Source: a virus
Lineage: Duplodnaviria; Caudoviricetes
IMG/VR virus record: IMGVR_UViG_3300049856_000052
Span: 1-52,037 of that record
Direction: 5' to 3' (one strand)
DNA: 52,037 nucleotides
The notes under the pieces were generated by a model, which was given only the letters and a program-made list of their open reading frames with translations, did not search any database and was not told the origin of the DNA. How positions within the stretch are numbered: position 1 is the first letter of the stretch; each line of letters opens with the position of its first letter. Made by a program: the position numbers and the translations under genes. Shown here one piece after another: positions 26,711 through 37,349 of the stretch.

Positions 26711-28513
26711 ATGGACGAAAAAGAGACATTAGCACTTTTAGAAGAAGCTCTTTCACGGGCCGCTCCTACCAAGAGAAACCCCTTCTCACCTGAAACTAGG
26801 ACTAATCATAAATCAACTTCTCCCAGCGGAGAAGGAGCTTCTTCTTATTCTCCCCTTAAATTCAAAGACGCGGCGGAGTTTGTTTATTTCTTCGACCCTA
26901 GCTTAAAATCAGGGAAAAAGAAGTTATACTCTTGGCAAATTGAAGAACTAAGAAGACTCTCAGAAAAGGGTAAATACACAACAGCCAACCCCCTCGAATA
27001 TGTATTGCTTGCCGCGAACGGTTCAGGGAAAGATGCTTACATTATAGCAGGGTTTGTCTCGTATGTTCTCTGTTGTTGGAAACGTTACAAAGTAATCATT
27101 ACTTCAGCATCAGACCTCCAGCTAGATTCTCAAACTCGCAATTATATTAAATACTTGTGCCAGAACGTGAATGAGTATCTCCGAATTAACGGAGTAATGA
27201 GCAAAGCAATTGACATCAAGAAAGAAACATTTAAGTCAACAATTCACAAAGATAATTCAGGAAGAGAGATTTCGCTAACAGGTTCAGAAGTAGTTACTTT
27301 TGTAACTAATGAAGGTGGTCGAGCAGAAGGTCATCATCCTTTCCCAGATGCAGATACTGGAGAAGGAGTTATTCTAATCGTCAATGAAGCAAAGACTGTT
27401 CCACAAGAAATCTTTGATCACTTTGCTAAATGCACTTACAATTACCTAATTCAAGTTTCAAGTGCTGGACCTTCTCGTGGGCATCTATATGATTCATGGA
27501 TTAAAGGAGTAGAATACCCATCCGCTTATGTAGAAGGAAAATTCTATGGGCGGCGCATAACAGCTTATGATTGTCCTCACATCTCAAGGTCGAAGATAAA
27601 AAGAGAAGAAGATGAATTTGGTCCTAATGACCCTTGGTTTAAGAATACGCGACTTAGCTTATTCTCTTCACTAGGGGAATCAGTAGTTATCACAGAAGAA
27701 CTTCTCGATAGATGTTTAGCAAGTTCTTCGCGCCTCCATTTAGGAATGGGCCGCCGAGCAGGATTGGACCTCTCAGGAAGAGGTAATGATTACAACACAT
27801 TCTATGTAATCGAAGATAATGAGCTTATTGCTTATGATCGCTGGCGCGCTGTAGATACAGAACAGACAGTTGATACATTAGTAGGAACAGATGACGGAAA
27901 GAGTTTAGGACTTTTTCAGAAGTATGGATTTGATACTGTAACATGTGGTAATAGAATCTCTGGAGATGATAATGGTATCGGACAAGGTATCATCGACGGA
28001 TTAGGTCGTAGGGGTTGGAACATTCGACGCGTCCTAAATCAGAGTTCAGCAATTAACAATCAGCGTTATCTAAATCGCGGAGCAGAAATGTGGTTTACTT
28101 TTGCTCGAATTCTTGAAGCAGGGTTTCTTCATATCCCCAAAGATAAACTTCATCCAGACCTTCGGCGGCAATTAACTAGCAGACATTACTCACAAGAGGG
28201 TGCAGGTAAAATGAAGCTTTGGTCTAAATCAGAAGAGAGAGCCGGAGCAAAAGGAAAGAAAAGGTCAGACTATACACAAGAATCTTCTGATTCTCCTGAC
28301 GATGCTGACGCACTAATCTTAGCTTTCTCAACTCTCAGTATTCTTGATTTTCATGGAAAGACTCCCATGAAGAACATTACTCCCAGTTTTCCTTCCACTA
28401 ATACTGTTCTTCAAAATAATAGAAGAACTTCTAAGTATTTTTCAGAACCCACAAACAAAAACAAAAAGCAAGGTCGGACTCTTGTAGATACTATTCGCTC
28501 ACTATATGGATAA
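26711..28513 (+). CDS. terL: Terminase large subunit
   Basis: LYSWQ, Walker A AANGSGKD, Walker B-like ILIVNEA, and nuclease motifs GLDLS..G.D, DDNGIG and SPDDADAL. Confidence 0.92.
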   Translation: MDEKETLALLEEALSRAAPTKRNPFSPETRTNHKSTSPSGEGASSYSPLKFKDAAEFVYFFDPSLKSGKKKLYSWQIEELRRLSEKGKYTTANPLEYVLLAANGSGKDAYIIAGFVSYVLCCWKRYKVIITSASDLQLDSQTRNYIKYLCQNVNEYLRINGVMSKAIDIKKETFKSTIHKDNSGREISLTGSEVVTFVTNEGGRAEGHHPFPDADTGEGVILIVNEAKTVPQEIFDHFAKCTYNYLIQVSSAGPSRGHLYDSWIKGVEYPSAYVEGKFYGRRITAYDCPHISRSKIKREEDEFGPNDPWFKNTRLSLFSSLGESVVITEELLDRCLASSSRLHLGMGRRAGLDLSGRGNDYNTFYVIEDNELIAYDRWRAVDTEQTVDTLVGTDDGKSLGLFQKYGFDTVTCGNRISGDDNGIGQGIIDGLGRRGWNIRRVLNQSSAINNQRYLNRGAEMWFTFARILEAGFLHIPKDKLHPDLRRQLTSRHYSQEGAGKMKLWSKSEERAGAKGKKRSDYTQESSDSPDDADALILAFSTLSILDFHGKTPMKNITPSFPSTNTVLQNNRRTSKYFSEPTNKNKKQGRTLVDTIRSLYG

Positions 28514-30371
28514 AATTCCTCTCTCAGCAACAGAACAACAAGTAATGGATGTTCCTATCATTCCCGAAGAACTTCAATTTGAAACGCTCAAAGGGAAGCT
28601 AACAGCATTAGAACAAGAATGGAGTGCTGAAAAGAATGAGACAGAGCGTCGCCGAAACATTCGGAAGATTGAGATTGACATGGAGACTCTCCGTGCTAAT
28701 GGTCGTCTCAAAGCAGATGAAGTGTTGATTGGTGTCCGAGTTATTGATGAAAACATTAAGAAAGAGCAACCAATCTTTGTAAACTATCTTACACAATCGC
28801 GGCGTCTTGCTATCTTTGATTGCCGTTCTAATCCACTTCTTTCAGGGATTGAGGTATTAGAACAAGAATTCACCAAAGGACTTTCTTATGATGGTATGCT
28901 TAGGAATTTGTTCAAAGTTATTGATGGTGCTCAGACTCATGGATGGGATTCAGCAGAAGTTACTTATGACGAGTCCAAACCCCTTCATGTAGGAATTGAA
29001 CATATCGGCCATGAGAATCTTCTTTTCCCGACAGATGCAAAAGATATTCAGGCTTGTGAAGTTATCATGCGCCGCTTTAAGCTTTCAGTGTCTCAGCTTA
29101 ATCGCTTTGTGGACAAGCATGGATTTAATCCAGAAGCAGTGAATGTTGCTATTGAAGGTGAGAAGTCACGAGCTAATCAAGTTCCAAAGAATGTTGACAT
29201 CTACAAAGTATTCATTAAACAGAAAGATGTTGTGTATGTAGCTTGGTGTGCTCTTGATAAGAATGTTGATACTTGGCTAAAAGACCCAACGCCGTTGTCA
29301 TTGGGAAGATTCGAGCAGAAGCAAAAAACAGTTCTTGTTGATAAAGTAGTTGCGTCAGTTGACCCTATCACACAACAAGTGATTCAGCAACAAGTTCAGG
29401 TGCCAGAAGTTCAAACAGTAATGGAAGAACAGACAGAGTCTCAGTATCCCATTAAGATTTATCTTTACTCTGAGACAGAAGAGCAATCTATTACAGGGCA
29501 GAAAGGGCGCGTGTTCTTTGACTTGCCTTGGCAAGAAGCTCAAATAGCTCTTCGAAGTTTGTTTATCAATGGAGCAATGCGGGCGTCTAACGTGTATGGG
29601 TCTCCTACAAATCGTTCAGATGTTGGTGGTTCTCCAACTAAGATGGACCTAACTCTAGAGCCGGGATGTTTCTATTCTGAGCCAATGAACTTCTGGGGAC
29701 CGAATTATCCAGACCCAACTATTCTTCGTGCCGCCGACTCTCTTGATGTTCGGAAGTCAGCAGAGATGGGGCAGATGGCTTCAGCAGTAATCAATCGCGA
29801 TGATAGCAGGAAGACAGCAACAGAACTTAATAAAGCAGAAAGTGAACAAGCAAAACTTGCTTCTGTTTCTATTCTCTTGTTCTCAGGATTCATGCGCGGC
29901 CTCTTGGGTATTGCTTGGTATATTGTTCAGAATCAAGCTCAACATGATAAAGTGCTTATTGCTCCGTTTGAAATTCATACTGAGCAAGGAAGCCAAGTAG
30001 TTAATAATCCAATTCTTATCAATCAGGTTTATGACATTAAACCAGCAGGGGATATTGATGTTGTGCGTCGCGCTGAACGCCTTGAGAAGAGATTTCAGTT
30101 GCTTCCTATTATTCAGCCTTTTGGCGGTGAAATGATGTTTGAGTTCGTAAGAGACTTAATCAGGGAGATGCTCCCACAAGACGCAGAGAAATATATTAAC
30201 TTGATGGGACAAGACCAGCAACTTAAACAAGCATTGATGGCAACAGCAGGAATGTTGAAAGAAGCTGTAACAGATGAAGCAGGACAACTTAAACCAGAGT
30301 TTAAGGAGTTCGCTCCTCAACTGCAACAGTTGGCTCAGATGGGTCAACAGATGTCAGGAGGTCAACAGTGA
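28506..30371 (+). CDS. Portal protein
   Basis: 621 aa directly after terL; KTATE motif and Gln-rich C-terminus typical of P22/T7-type portals. Confidence 0.8.
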   Translation: MDKIPLSATEQQVMDVPIIPEELQFETLKGKLTALEQEWSAEKNETERRRNIRKIEIDMETLRANGRLKADEVLIGVRVIDENIKKEQPIFVNYLTQSRRLAIFDCRSNPLLSGIEVLEQEFTKGLSYDGMLRNLFKVIDGAQTHGWDSAEVTYDESKPLHVGIEHIGHENLLFPTDAKDIQACEVIMRRFKLSVSQLNRFVDKHGFNPEAVNVAIEGEKSRANQVPKNVDIYKVFIKQKDVVYVAWCALDKNVDTWLKDPTPLSLGRFEQKQKTVLVDKVVASVDPITQQVIQQQVQVPEVQTVMEEQTESQYPIKIYLYSETEEQSITGQKGRVFFDLPWQEAQIALRSLFINGAMRASNVYGSPTNRSDVGGSPTKMDLTLEPGCFYSEPMNFWGPNYPDPTILRAADSLDVRKSAEMGQMASAVINRDDSRKTATELNKAESEQAKLASVSILLFSGFMRGLLGIAWYIVQNQAQHDKVLIAPFEIHTEQGSQVVNNPILINQVYDIKPAGDIDVVRRAERLEKRFQLLPIIQPFGGEMMFEFVRDLIREMLPQDAEKYINLMGQDQQLKQALMATAGMLKEAVTDEAGQLKPEFKEFAPQLQQLAQMGQQMSGGQQ

Positions 30372-30685
30372 AAGACTTTGCTGACACAATGAGTAAGTTG
30401 TATGCTGGTGATTTGCCTTCTGTTAATGAACTCAAGCTCAAACAACAAGAAGCTGCACAGAAACTCTATGACGAGAAAGAATTGTGGAAGAACGCACTAG
30501 AACTTCCAGAAGTTAAACTAGTAATTTCTAAACTAGAAAAAGCTGTCGCCGAAGCTCTTCTCACTTTAGAGAATGTTTCTGCCGACAATAATTGGTCAGA
30601 TGCACAGGTAAGATTATTTTTAGTTCGTTACACAACATTAAAGCGAACTCTTAATGCAGTAAACAACAACGCGGAAATACTATGA
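30368..30685 (+). CDS. Hypothetical head-region protein
   Basis: Coupled between portal and scaffold. Confidence 0.65.
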   Translation: MKDFADTMSKLYAGDLPSVNELKLKQQEAAQKLYDEKELWKNALELPEVKLVISKLEKAVAEALLTLENVSADNNWSDAQVRLFLVRYTTLKRTLNAVNNNAEIL

Positions 30686-31869
30686 CTCCAGAAGAACTGA
30701 TAGCTAAAGGTCCAGTTAGTAATGAAGAAGCAGTTGCCGGCGCAGAAGCTACAAAAGCTTTGGCGGCTCCAGAACATAAAGGTGTTCAAGATACTACAAC
30801 TACAAAGAATGTCTTGGCAGCTTTCGACAAAATTGTAAAAAAGGAGGATGCAGTCTCTGATGAAAGCCTCAACAAAATCCTTGATGAAGAAGAACAGAAG
30901 GCAGACGATACTGAGGATAACAAAGAAGACGTATCTAAAGAAGTTGCTAACGATAAGCGCAAGTCTCAAGAAGCAGAGAAAGTTATTGCTGAAGAAGTTA
31001 AAAAGCCAGCACTAGGAACAGCCAGACCTTCTGCCAATGCAGAAGATTTGAAATCATTAGTTCCTGAATCAGCTCAACATCTCTTTAAGAAGATGGATAA
31101 TTCTGCGAGGGAGTTCGTTATCGCAGAGTTGAGAAGGAAGAATAAGGAAACAGAGGAGCTTAAAACGAAGCTTGCCGTCGCCGAACAGCAAAAGAGTAAT
31201 GGCAAAGTTGCAGACTCTTGGTATGAACATGAAGAAGCTTTCATACTTACTCCAGAATTCAGGGAACTAGCTGGAACTAAGAGTCAGATTGCTGCTATTG
31301 AAAAGCATTACCGAGAACAACTTGTAGCCATTAAAGAAGGGGAAGATTGGTTCGACCTTGTTCTAGGAAAGAATGGTGAGATTATCCAGCAAAAGCAAAA
31401 AGCTTCTTCTCAAGCAGATGCTCTTGTTATGACAAGGATTGCGGAAGCTGCTTCAACATTCAGGGATATGGAAAAGCAAGAAGCTTCTCTTATTCAGAAT
31501 TGGAAAGGTAATGCGTTTAACTCTAAAGCAGGTGCGCTTAAAGTAGAAGATGAGTATTTCCCTCAATATGCTAATGCTGATGAGTTTGCAAAAAACGAAG
31601 ATGCTAAGGCACTCAGAACTATCATGGCTAGTGCTGGGCTGCAAAATGATAGGCTTAGTGGATTGACTACTAAGTTGTATGCGTTCGCAATGGAGCATGT
31701 TAGGAAAGTAGAAGAGCTGGAGAAGCAACTTAAATCTGGAAAGTCACCTGTAACAAGGAATGGCCCAACAGGAGATGAGATTAACAATGGAACTACTTCT
31801 AAAGGACAACCTGTTGACCCAGATGATAAGCCTTTTAATCTGAAAGGATTTGAGTCTTATACTAGATAA
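30682..31869 (+). CDS. Probable scaffolding protein
   Basis: Acidic and helical/coiled-coil; lies directly before the capsid gene. Confidence 0.65.
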   Translation: MTPEELIAKGPVSNEEAVAGAEATKALAAPEHKGVQDTTTTKNVLAAFDKIVKKEDAVSDESLNKILDEEEQKADDTEDNKEDVSKEVANDKRKSQEAEKVIAEEVKKPALGTARPSANAEDLKSLVPESAQHLFKKMDNSAREFVIAELRRKNKETEELKTKLAVAEQQKSNGKVADSWYEHEEAFILTPEFRELAGTKSQIAAIEKHYREQLVAIKEGEDWFDLVLGKNGEIIQQKQKASSQADALVMTRIAEAASTFRDMEKQEASLIQNWKGNAFNSKAGALKVEDEYFPQYANADEFAKNEDAKALRTIMASAGLQNDRLSGLTTKLYAFAMEHVRKVEELEKQLKSGKSPVTRNGPTGDEINNGTTSKGQPVDPDDKPFNLKGFESYTR

Positions 31870-31872
31870 GGG

Positions 31873-31889
31873 TTGGCATGAATCTTGCT
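31873..31889 (+). promoter_or_regulatory. sigma54 (-24/-12) promoter of the major capsid gene
   Basis: TTGGCATGAATCTTGCT, 3 bp after the scaffold stop; identical to the motif at 14991-15007. Confidence 0.88.
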
Positions 31890-32024
31890 TGTAGTAATTG
31901 TTCGTAAGTATTAGTGCTTCTTAGCGAAGGGCATCGCACGCTTCTAAATAACTGCAAAGGGCATTGCGGAAAGAGACCAAAAGTCTCTAATTCGTAATTA
32001 ACCTTTTGCAGTTTTTTAGTATCT

Positions 32025-33308
32025 ATGCCAAATCAAATTGACCTTCCCAGAGCAGCTAGTCTCTGGACTGAAGTTGAAAAAGACCTCTACAATCAGTTGC
32101 CTATCTATCTTGCCAAGCGGCAAGTTGAATACATCAAAGAATGGGATTTGTGGACTAAACTCCTCAAGCCACAAAAATGGTCAGCGAACATGGGTAACAC
32201 TATGCGTGGTGTTAACAAAGTTCCTGCTCCTATTCTGCGCGGCCAAGCTCTTCCTAATACTATCCTTCAGCTTCCCAAGAAGGATATTGTTGAAGTTCGT
32301 GAAACTCGTGAAGATGTTCAGTTGTATCGCCAAGACTTCGACTCTAACGTGTTTCAGTTTTTGCCTTCTTTCCAAGACTTCCTCACTGACCATATTGATT
32401 CTCATATTGAAGCAATCAGTCAGAAGATTGTTACCTACAAAGATCTGTTCTATCGAACAGCAATCTTTCACGGTGCCCCTTACATTTGGGTGTGTTCTCC
32501 TAATGACGGCGCGGTTGAACTTCGTAGTTCTCCTTATTGGGGTTCTCCTGCTGTTTCTCTCGCTAAGTCTCAGAGCTATCTCCAGAGTATTATTGCCAAG
32601 GTTGGCGATACTTTGACTCTTGAGAACATTAAGAAACTTGGCACAGTGATGTGGAGTGACCTTAATGTTAAGCCCTATTCTGGTGATGTTACTCCAGATG
32701 GTGCTGATGGTAAGGGTCTTCGCCAAAAGTATTGTCTTGTTACTTCTACGGAAGTTTGGGATAGCTTCACTGATACGGGTTCTTACCTTCTCGGTAATCG
32801 TAAGTTGGACCTCGATGTTGTGACTGGTCCTTTCACTGGTTCGTTGTTTGGTCGTTGGACTACGATGTTTGAGCGATATGAAATGCGTATTGCTGCTGAC
32901 GGAACTATTCCTGCTCCTGAAACTACTGAGGAACAAACCACTGCTTATGATAAGGGTGATACTGTTCCTAATCCTGCTTACGTGAACGCTCCATTTGCTG
33001 TTGCGTTTGCTGTTGGTATGGATGCTTACAAAGCAATTACTGTTGGGCCGCCGCCTTCTAAGTTTGCTGATGGTGGAAGTTCTATGACTATGCGTGATTT
33101 TAATGGCATGGACTGGAACGGTAAGGTTATTCCTACTCGCAATGTTTTGGTTCCTAGCTTGAACCAGAATAACGCTGAAGTCTTGGATACCAACAAGCGT
33201 GGTGAGTATCTCCAACTCGTCTCTGACGCAGTTATGGGTATTCTTCCTAATCGTCGTCGTAACATTATTCCGATTATCTATCGTCGTGAACGTGTTTCGA
33301 CTACCTAA
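32025..33308 (+). CDS. Probable major capsid protein
   Basis: 427 aa after the scaffold, strongly biased codons, own promoter. Called from position and size only. Confidence 0.75.
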   Translation: MPNQIDLPRAASLWTEVEKDLYNQLPIYLAKRQVEYIKEWDLWTKLLKPQKWSANMGNTMRGVNKVPAPILRGQALPNTILQLPKKDIVEVRETREDVQLYRQDFDSNVFQFLPSFQDFLTDHIDSHIEAISQKIVTYKDLFYRTAIFHGAPYIWVCSPNDGAVELRSSPYWGSPAVSLAKSQSYLQSIIAKVGDTLTLENIKKLGTVMWSDLNVKPYSGDVTPDGADGKGLRQKYCLVTSTEVWDSFTDTGSYLLGNRKLDLDVVTGPFTGSLFGRWTTMFERYEMRIAADGTIPAPETTEEQTTAYDKGDTVPNPAYVNAPFAVAFAVGMDAYKAITVGPPPSKFADGGSSMTMRDFNGMDWNGKVIPTRNVLVPSLNQNNAEVLDTNKRGEYLQLVSDAVMGILPNRRRNIIPIIYRRERVSTT

Positions 33309-33343
33309 TTGTTAAACAACTAAAACAAAAAGAAAATAATACT

Positions 33344-33943
33344 ATGAAAAAATTCTTTTATTCACTCATTGCTTGTATCCTTGTGGGCTGGCTCGCGGTG
33401 CAGCAAGCGTCGGCTGTTGTAGTGGTTCATACCATTGCGGCAGGTTCTATCTTCAATGCTACTAACCTGATTCCAGCGGCAGCTACTATTAACACTATTC
33501 GTGTTGATAACGGTGCTGGTGGTGGTGCTACTAATCTTAGCTACTCATTTACGGATTTTCCGTTTATGGCTACGATTGCGGCTGGTGCAGCATTGGGATG
33601 GACGAATACTGTTTGGACTAATGCAGCTTATGTCCAAGTTACTCAGTATTTGACTAACCAAACTAGGACTATCACAAACTTTGCAGGTTTGGGATTCACT
33701 GGGACGTTCCCTGCTGGTAGTTCGATTACTAACATTATTACGCAGAGTAATGTTTTGTGGTCTATTACTAATACGGTTGCAGCAAGCACTACGCCTTGGC
33801 GTCGTATTGCGAACGGGCAGTTTGGTTCAAACTCAATCAATACTATTACTGGTCCGTTTAGTGTTGGTTTCGGATTGGGATTCACTAACAATAACATTGG
33901 TGTCCCTATCACGATTACTATTGATTACGACTCCGCGTTGTAA
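33344..33943 (+). CDS. Beta-rich Thr/Asn-rich protein with signal peptide
   Basis: MKKFFYSLIACILVGWLAVQQASA (A-x-A cleavage site). Confidence 0.75.
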   Translation: MKKFFYSLIACILVGWLAVQQASAVVVVHTIAAGSIFNATNLIPAAATINTIRVDNGAGGGATNLSYSFTDFPFMATIAAGAALGWTNTVWTNAAYVQVTQYLTNQTRTITNFAGLGFTGTFPAGSSITNIITQSNVLWSITNTVAASTTPWRRIANGQFGSNSINTITGPFSVGFGLGFTNNNIGVPITITIDYDSAL

Positions 33944-34017
33944 TCATGTTGGCAAGTTTTTAGGGGCGCATCTTGCGATAAAAACTCCCCTTTTTCTAAT
34001 TTCTAAATTTTCTTCTT

Positions 34018-34407
34018 ATGGCAAATTCTCCTCAAGCTGGTCTTCCTAATAAACGCTCTGACCGCCAATTGCTCGAAGCTCTTAGCACGCCTTTGGTTTC
34101 GACAGGAATTCTTCCTGTTAATCTTATCGTGGTGGCAGGAGAAGCTCTTCCAAAGCAAAATGGCACAGCATTTCGTGTTCTTCAAAACTGTGGAACAGTG
34201 CCAGTTAAGTTCCTAATTGATAATGAGAACAATTGCACGCGAGATAATTTTCATGGAATTCTTTCTGCCGGAGTCGCGCAAGATGATGGAATGGGTGGGA
34301 TAATCAACTTTGATAAAGTGGGAGATAGGATTACAGTATTTGTTGATTCTGGTTCTGTGCGGGTAGCAACATTTGTGGGAACACATGCTGATTTCAATCA
34401 AGGTTAA
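34018..34407 (+). CDS. Hypothetical structural-region protein
   Basis: 129-aa beta-rich ORF. Confidence 0.65.
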   Translation: MANSPQAGLPNKRSDRQLLEALSTPLVSTGILPVNLIVVAGEALPKQNGTAFRVLQNCGTVPVKFLIDNENNCTRDNFHGILSAGVAQDDGMGGIINFDKVGDRITVFVDSGSVRVATFVGTHADFNQG

Positions 34408-34408
34408 T

Positions 34409-36220
34409 ATGAATAAAATACTTTTAACTTTGCTTTTGAGTATCGTTGGTGCTCAAGCACAGTTTTGGATGGGAGGGAATTCAGCAGGAGGCGGCGCACC
34501 TGCTGTTACTATTGTTGCACCCGGTGCAGGACTAAAAGCAATCCTCGAAGCCTCAGCGAATGACAAGACTTACCAACTTGGTGTTGGAACTTATACTGTA
34601 ACTCCTTCGATACTTCAAAGTAATTTGGCAGCAGGTAATACATTTACTGGAATTACTCTGGCCAATAAAACTAATGTTACACTTCTTGGAGTTCCAGGGT
34701 CTTCTATTATTGATGGAAGTGTTGCACCGGGGCAACAACTTTGGATTTCAAATTGTTCGGGAATTAAAATCATTGGAGTTACTTTTATTGGATATACAAA
34801 TCATGCTTCTCAGACATTTCCGTTTAATTCGTCTTTCATCTGGTCAAGCGTTGATTTGCTGCGTTGTGAGAATGTGCTGTTCGAGAATTGCCGCATTGAG
34901 CGGCAGGCCGACCACGGTTTGACGGATAAAGGTGCAGAAGCTGACGGAGGAGTCGCTTCTAGTCCTCCGTCTACAAATCAGATGGTTGTTCGTAATTGTT
35001 ATTTTGAAAACATTGGTGGATTTAGGTCTGGGGCATTGGCTACAGATGGCACAGCAATTGTGCCTACGGGGTGGACTATTGAGAATTGTGAGTTTCGTAA
35101 TTGTTTGAGAGGTATCGAGCCTTATGAATCACCAGGAGCTTTGGGACAAATCATTAACAATTGTGTAATTAGGGGTAATAGATTTTACAACATGGTGGAG
35201 TTTGCTGTAAGCACAGCAGGTGCGACAAATATTCATAACGCAATAGTTGAGAATAATTACATCAGAAATGATTATACCTTTAGCTATCATGGGACTAATT
35301 TCGGTCCGGGGTTTTACGAATCTATTTGCGTTGGGTATAATTTCAATGGAGGTAGGGGATGGCTTGTTAGAAATAACGTAGCAAGAGGGGGTATGTCGGC
35401 TGGGTTTCAATTTTTGAATAGCCTAAGTTTTTTAGATGACTTTATTGTTATTGGAAACTCTACAATTGATATTGACAGAGGGAGTGGAAGTGTTGGTGTT
35501 GGATTTACCATTGGGGATTCGGCAAATTCCGCTGCTGCTGCCTCATCAGTTAGGCGAATGATGTTTCGAGAAAATACAGCTATCAATGCTGGTTCAGTTG
35601 GATATGGAGGATTCAGAATTCTAGGTTGTCGTGATTCTACTTTTGATAATAACATTGCTATCAAATCGCATGTTTACACTGCTGTCGACGTTGCTAATAG
35701 TGCTTTTAATGTTGGAGTTGCTGGAAACTCGGCCGCCTTTATTACTAACTTAGTGATGCGAAATAACCTAGCCATTGATGGGGGTATTGGAACACCTTAT
35801 GGATTTGTTCTACAAGATAACATTCGCAATGCTGTGTTTGAAAACAATGACGCTAGAGATTATGGAGCTAACGGTGGCTTTACCAATCGCTCAGGAGCTA
35901 ATGTTTCTATCCTTGGCCCAGTTAAAAATTACTCGGCATCAGTAGATTTTCCCTCAATCGCTGGTAATGGTGTTAGTGATATAGTAATTACAGCAGTAGG
36001 GGTTACTACAAATGATGTAATTACTTATAGTTTACCTTCACAGTTTTGGGGTAACCCATCTGACAAAGTGGTATTTGCTGCTTGGGCAACTAACTCTACT
36101 GCCACGGATGGGCAAATTGTGTTTCGAGCAATTAACAATGATGTGGCAGTTGCTACAGTAAACTTTGCAGCAACTACAGTTCAATTTCAAGCTCGCGCAG
36201 TGCGCTTTCATGGACAATGA
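34409..36220 (+). CDS. Right-handed beta-helix (pectate-lyase-like) tailspike-type protein with signal peptide
   Basis: Repeating I.N..F.N / N..V.NN units; start at ATG 34409 gives MNKILLTLLLSIVGAQA. Confidence 0.8.
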   Translation: MNKILLTLLLSIVGAQAQFWMGGNSAGGGAPAVTIVAPGAGLKAILEASANDKTYQLGVGTYTVTPSILQSNLAAGNTFTGITLANKTNVTLLGVPGSSIIDGSVAPGQQLWISNCSGIKIIGVTFIGYTNHASQTFPFNSSFIWSSVDLLRCENVLFENCRIERQADHGLTDKGAEADGGVASSPPSTNQMVVRNCYFENIGGFRSGALATDGTAIVPTGWTIENCEFRNCLRGIEPYESPGALGQIINNCVIRGNRFYNMVEFAVSTAGATNIHNAIVENNYIRNDYTFSYHGTNFGPGFYESICVGYNFNGGRGWLVRNNVARGGMSAGFQFLNSLSFLDDFIVIGNSTIDIDRGSGSVGVGFTIGDSANSAAAASSVRRMMFRENTAINAGSVGYGGFRILGCRDSTFDNNIAIKSHVYTAVDVANSAFNVGVAGNSAAFITNLVMRNNLAIDGGIGTPYGFVLQDNIRNAVFENNDARDYGANGGFTNRSGANVSILGPVKNYSASVDFPSIAGNGVSDIVITAVGVTTNDVITYSLPSQFWGNPSDKVVFAAWATNSTATDGQIVFRAINNDVAVATVNFAATTVQFQARAVRFHGQ

Positions 36221-36744
36221 AAAGTATCCTGCTACTATTTCTTTCTAGTTTTCTTGCTTGTAAAGCAGAGATTCCGCCTTTTCAAACTAAGACTTTTGAG
36301 TTTGATTTGCCTGCGGCAACTAATCAAGCAATCCTTTACAAAGTATATTTAGTAGCTGTTCCCCCATTACCTTTTACTACAAATTTAGTAACAGTAACTA
36401 CAAGCAATAGATTCACAATCACAAATTTGCTTGCTATTCCTCAAAGAGTTTACATAACTACTTCTAATGTTTGGGGAGAAGGTAATTTTTCAGTTCCTTA
36501 TGAGTTTCCCACTTCTCCGCAAGCTCCTTCAAACATTAAACCTATCAGCACTATTCTTAGAATTCCTCTTAATGGTTTAGTTGAATCAACCACTGATTTA
36601 GTAAACTATACTGAGCAATGGAAATTTTACTCTCCCACTAATGGAACACAAATTGTCCACTACAAACATTATCCCGGAGAACCTTTTAGATTCTTCCGCT
36701 CATCAGCGTTACCTGCAAGCGTGTCGCCGCCATTCCCTCCATGA
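36217..36744 (+). CDS. FN3-like protein with signal peptide
   Basis: MKSILLLFLSSFLACKA; Y.VY...N.WGEG.FS and P.AP.N pattern. Confidence 0.6.
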   Translation: MKSILLLFLSSFLACKAEIPPFQTKTFEFDLPAATNQAILYKVYLVAVPPLPFTTNLVTVTTSNRFTITNLLAIPQRVYITTSNVWGEGNFSVPYEFPTSPQAPSNIKPISTILRIPLNGLVESTTDLVNYTEQWKFYSPTNGTQIVHYKHYPGEPFRFFRSSALPASVSPPFPP

Positions 36745-36836
36745 GCATATATGCACAACGAATTCAAACTATTGTCCGCAGTGTAGAAATGATATAACCG
36801 TAATCAGAATCTGGAATTACTTAAAGGAATCAATAA

Positions 36837-37043
36837 ATGACTAACGAACAAGCATTACTTGGAGCAATTATAGCAATGTCAGGAGCTTTGGGAATTTTGT
36901 GGAAAGTAGTTTTGTCTGGATATAAACGATTAGAACACTCATACACAAAATTAGAAGAGAGAACTGAGCAGTGTGAAAAAGATAGGCTCGCTCTCTGGAA
37001 GAAGATGGCAGAAGTTTTTGAGAATTTAGCTTCAAAGAAATAA
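36837..37043 (+). CDS. Small TM plus coiled-coil protein (possible lysis accessory)
   Basis: One N-terminal TM helix followed by a charged coil. Confidence 0.5.
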   Translation: MTNEQALLGAIIAMSGALGILWKVVLSGYKRLEHSYTKLEERTEQCEKDRLALWKKMAEVFENLASKK

Positions 37044-37045
37044 TT

Positions 37046-37345
37046 ATGGGCCTTCAAGGACAACTACTTCTAACTACTACTGACTTCAAAACAGTAACAG
37101 TTTTGCCTAATACTAGGAGAGAGAAGTGTAAGATTGTTGTTTGTAATGGCGGATTAGAGGATGATTATTTGTCTTTAGTTATTTCAGATTCAGGAGACTT
37201 TCCAACTGTTATTCCACTTTATCAAAACTTTCCAGTGTTGCAGGGGGATACTTATACTTCACAGTTTGAAATCAGCCTTATTAACACAACAAGTATTCAA
37301 GCAAAGAGCCGCCGAGGTCTTCTTTCAATCTCAATAGTAAACTAA
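37046..37345 (+). CDS. Hypothetical protein
   Basis: 99-aa ORF within the operon. Confidence 0.6.
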   Translation: MGLQGQLLLTTTDFKTVTVLPNTRREKCKIVVCNGGLEDDYLSLVISDSGDFPTVIPLYQNFPVLQGDTYTSQFEISLINTTSIQAKSRRGLLSISIVN

Positions 37346-37349
37346 CTTA

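Noticed and set aside
32181-33215. Long antisense ORFs (also 18972-19592, 20080-20661 and 51356-51973)
   Set aside because: Shadow frames opposite well-supported, codon-biased genes, with no recognisable motifs.
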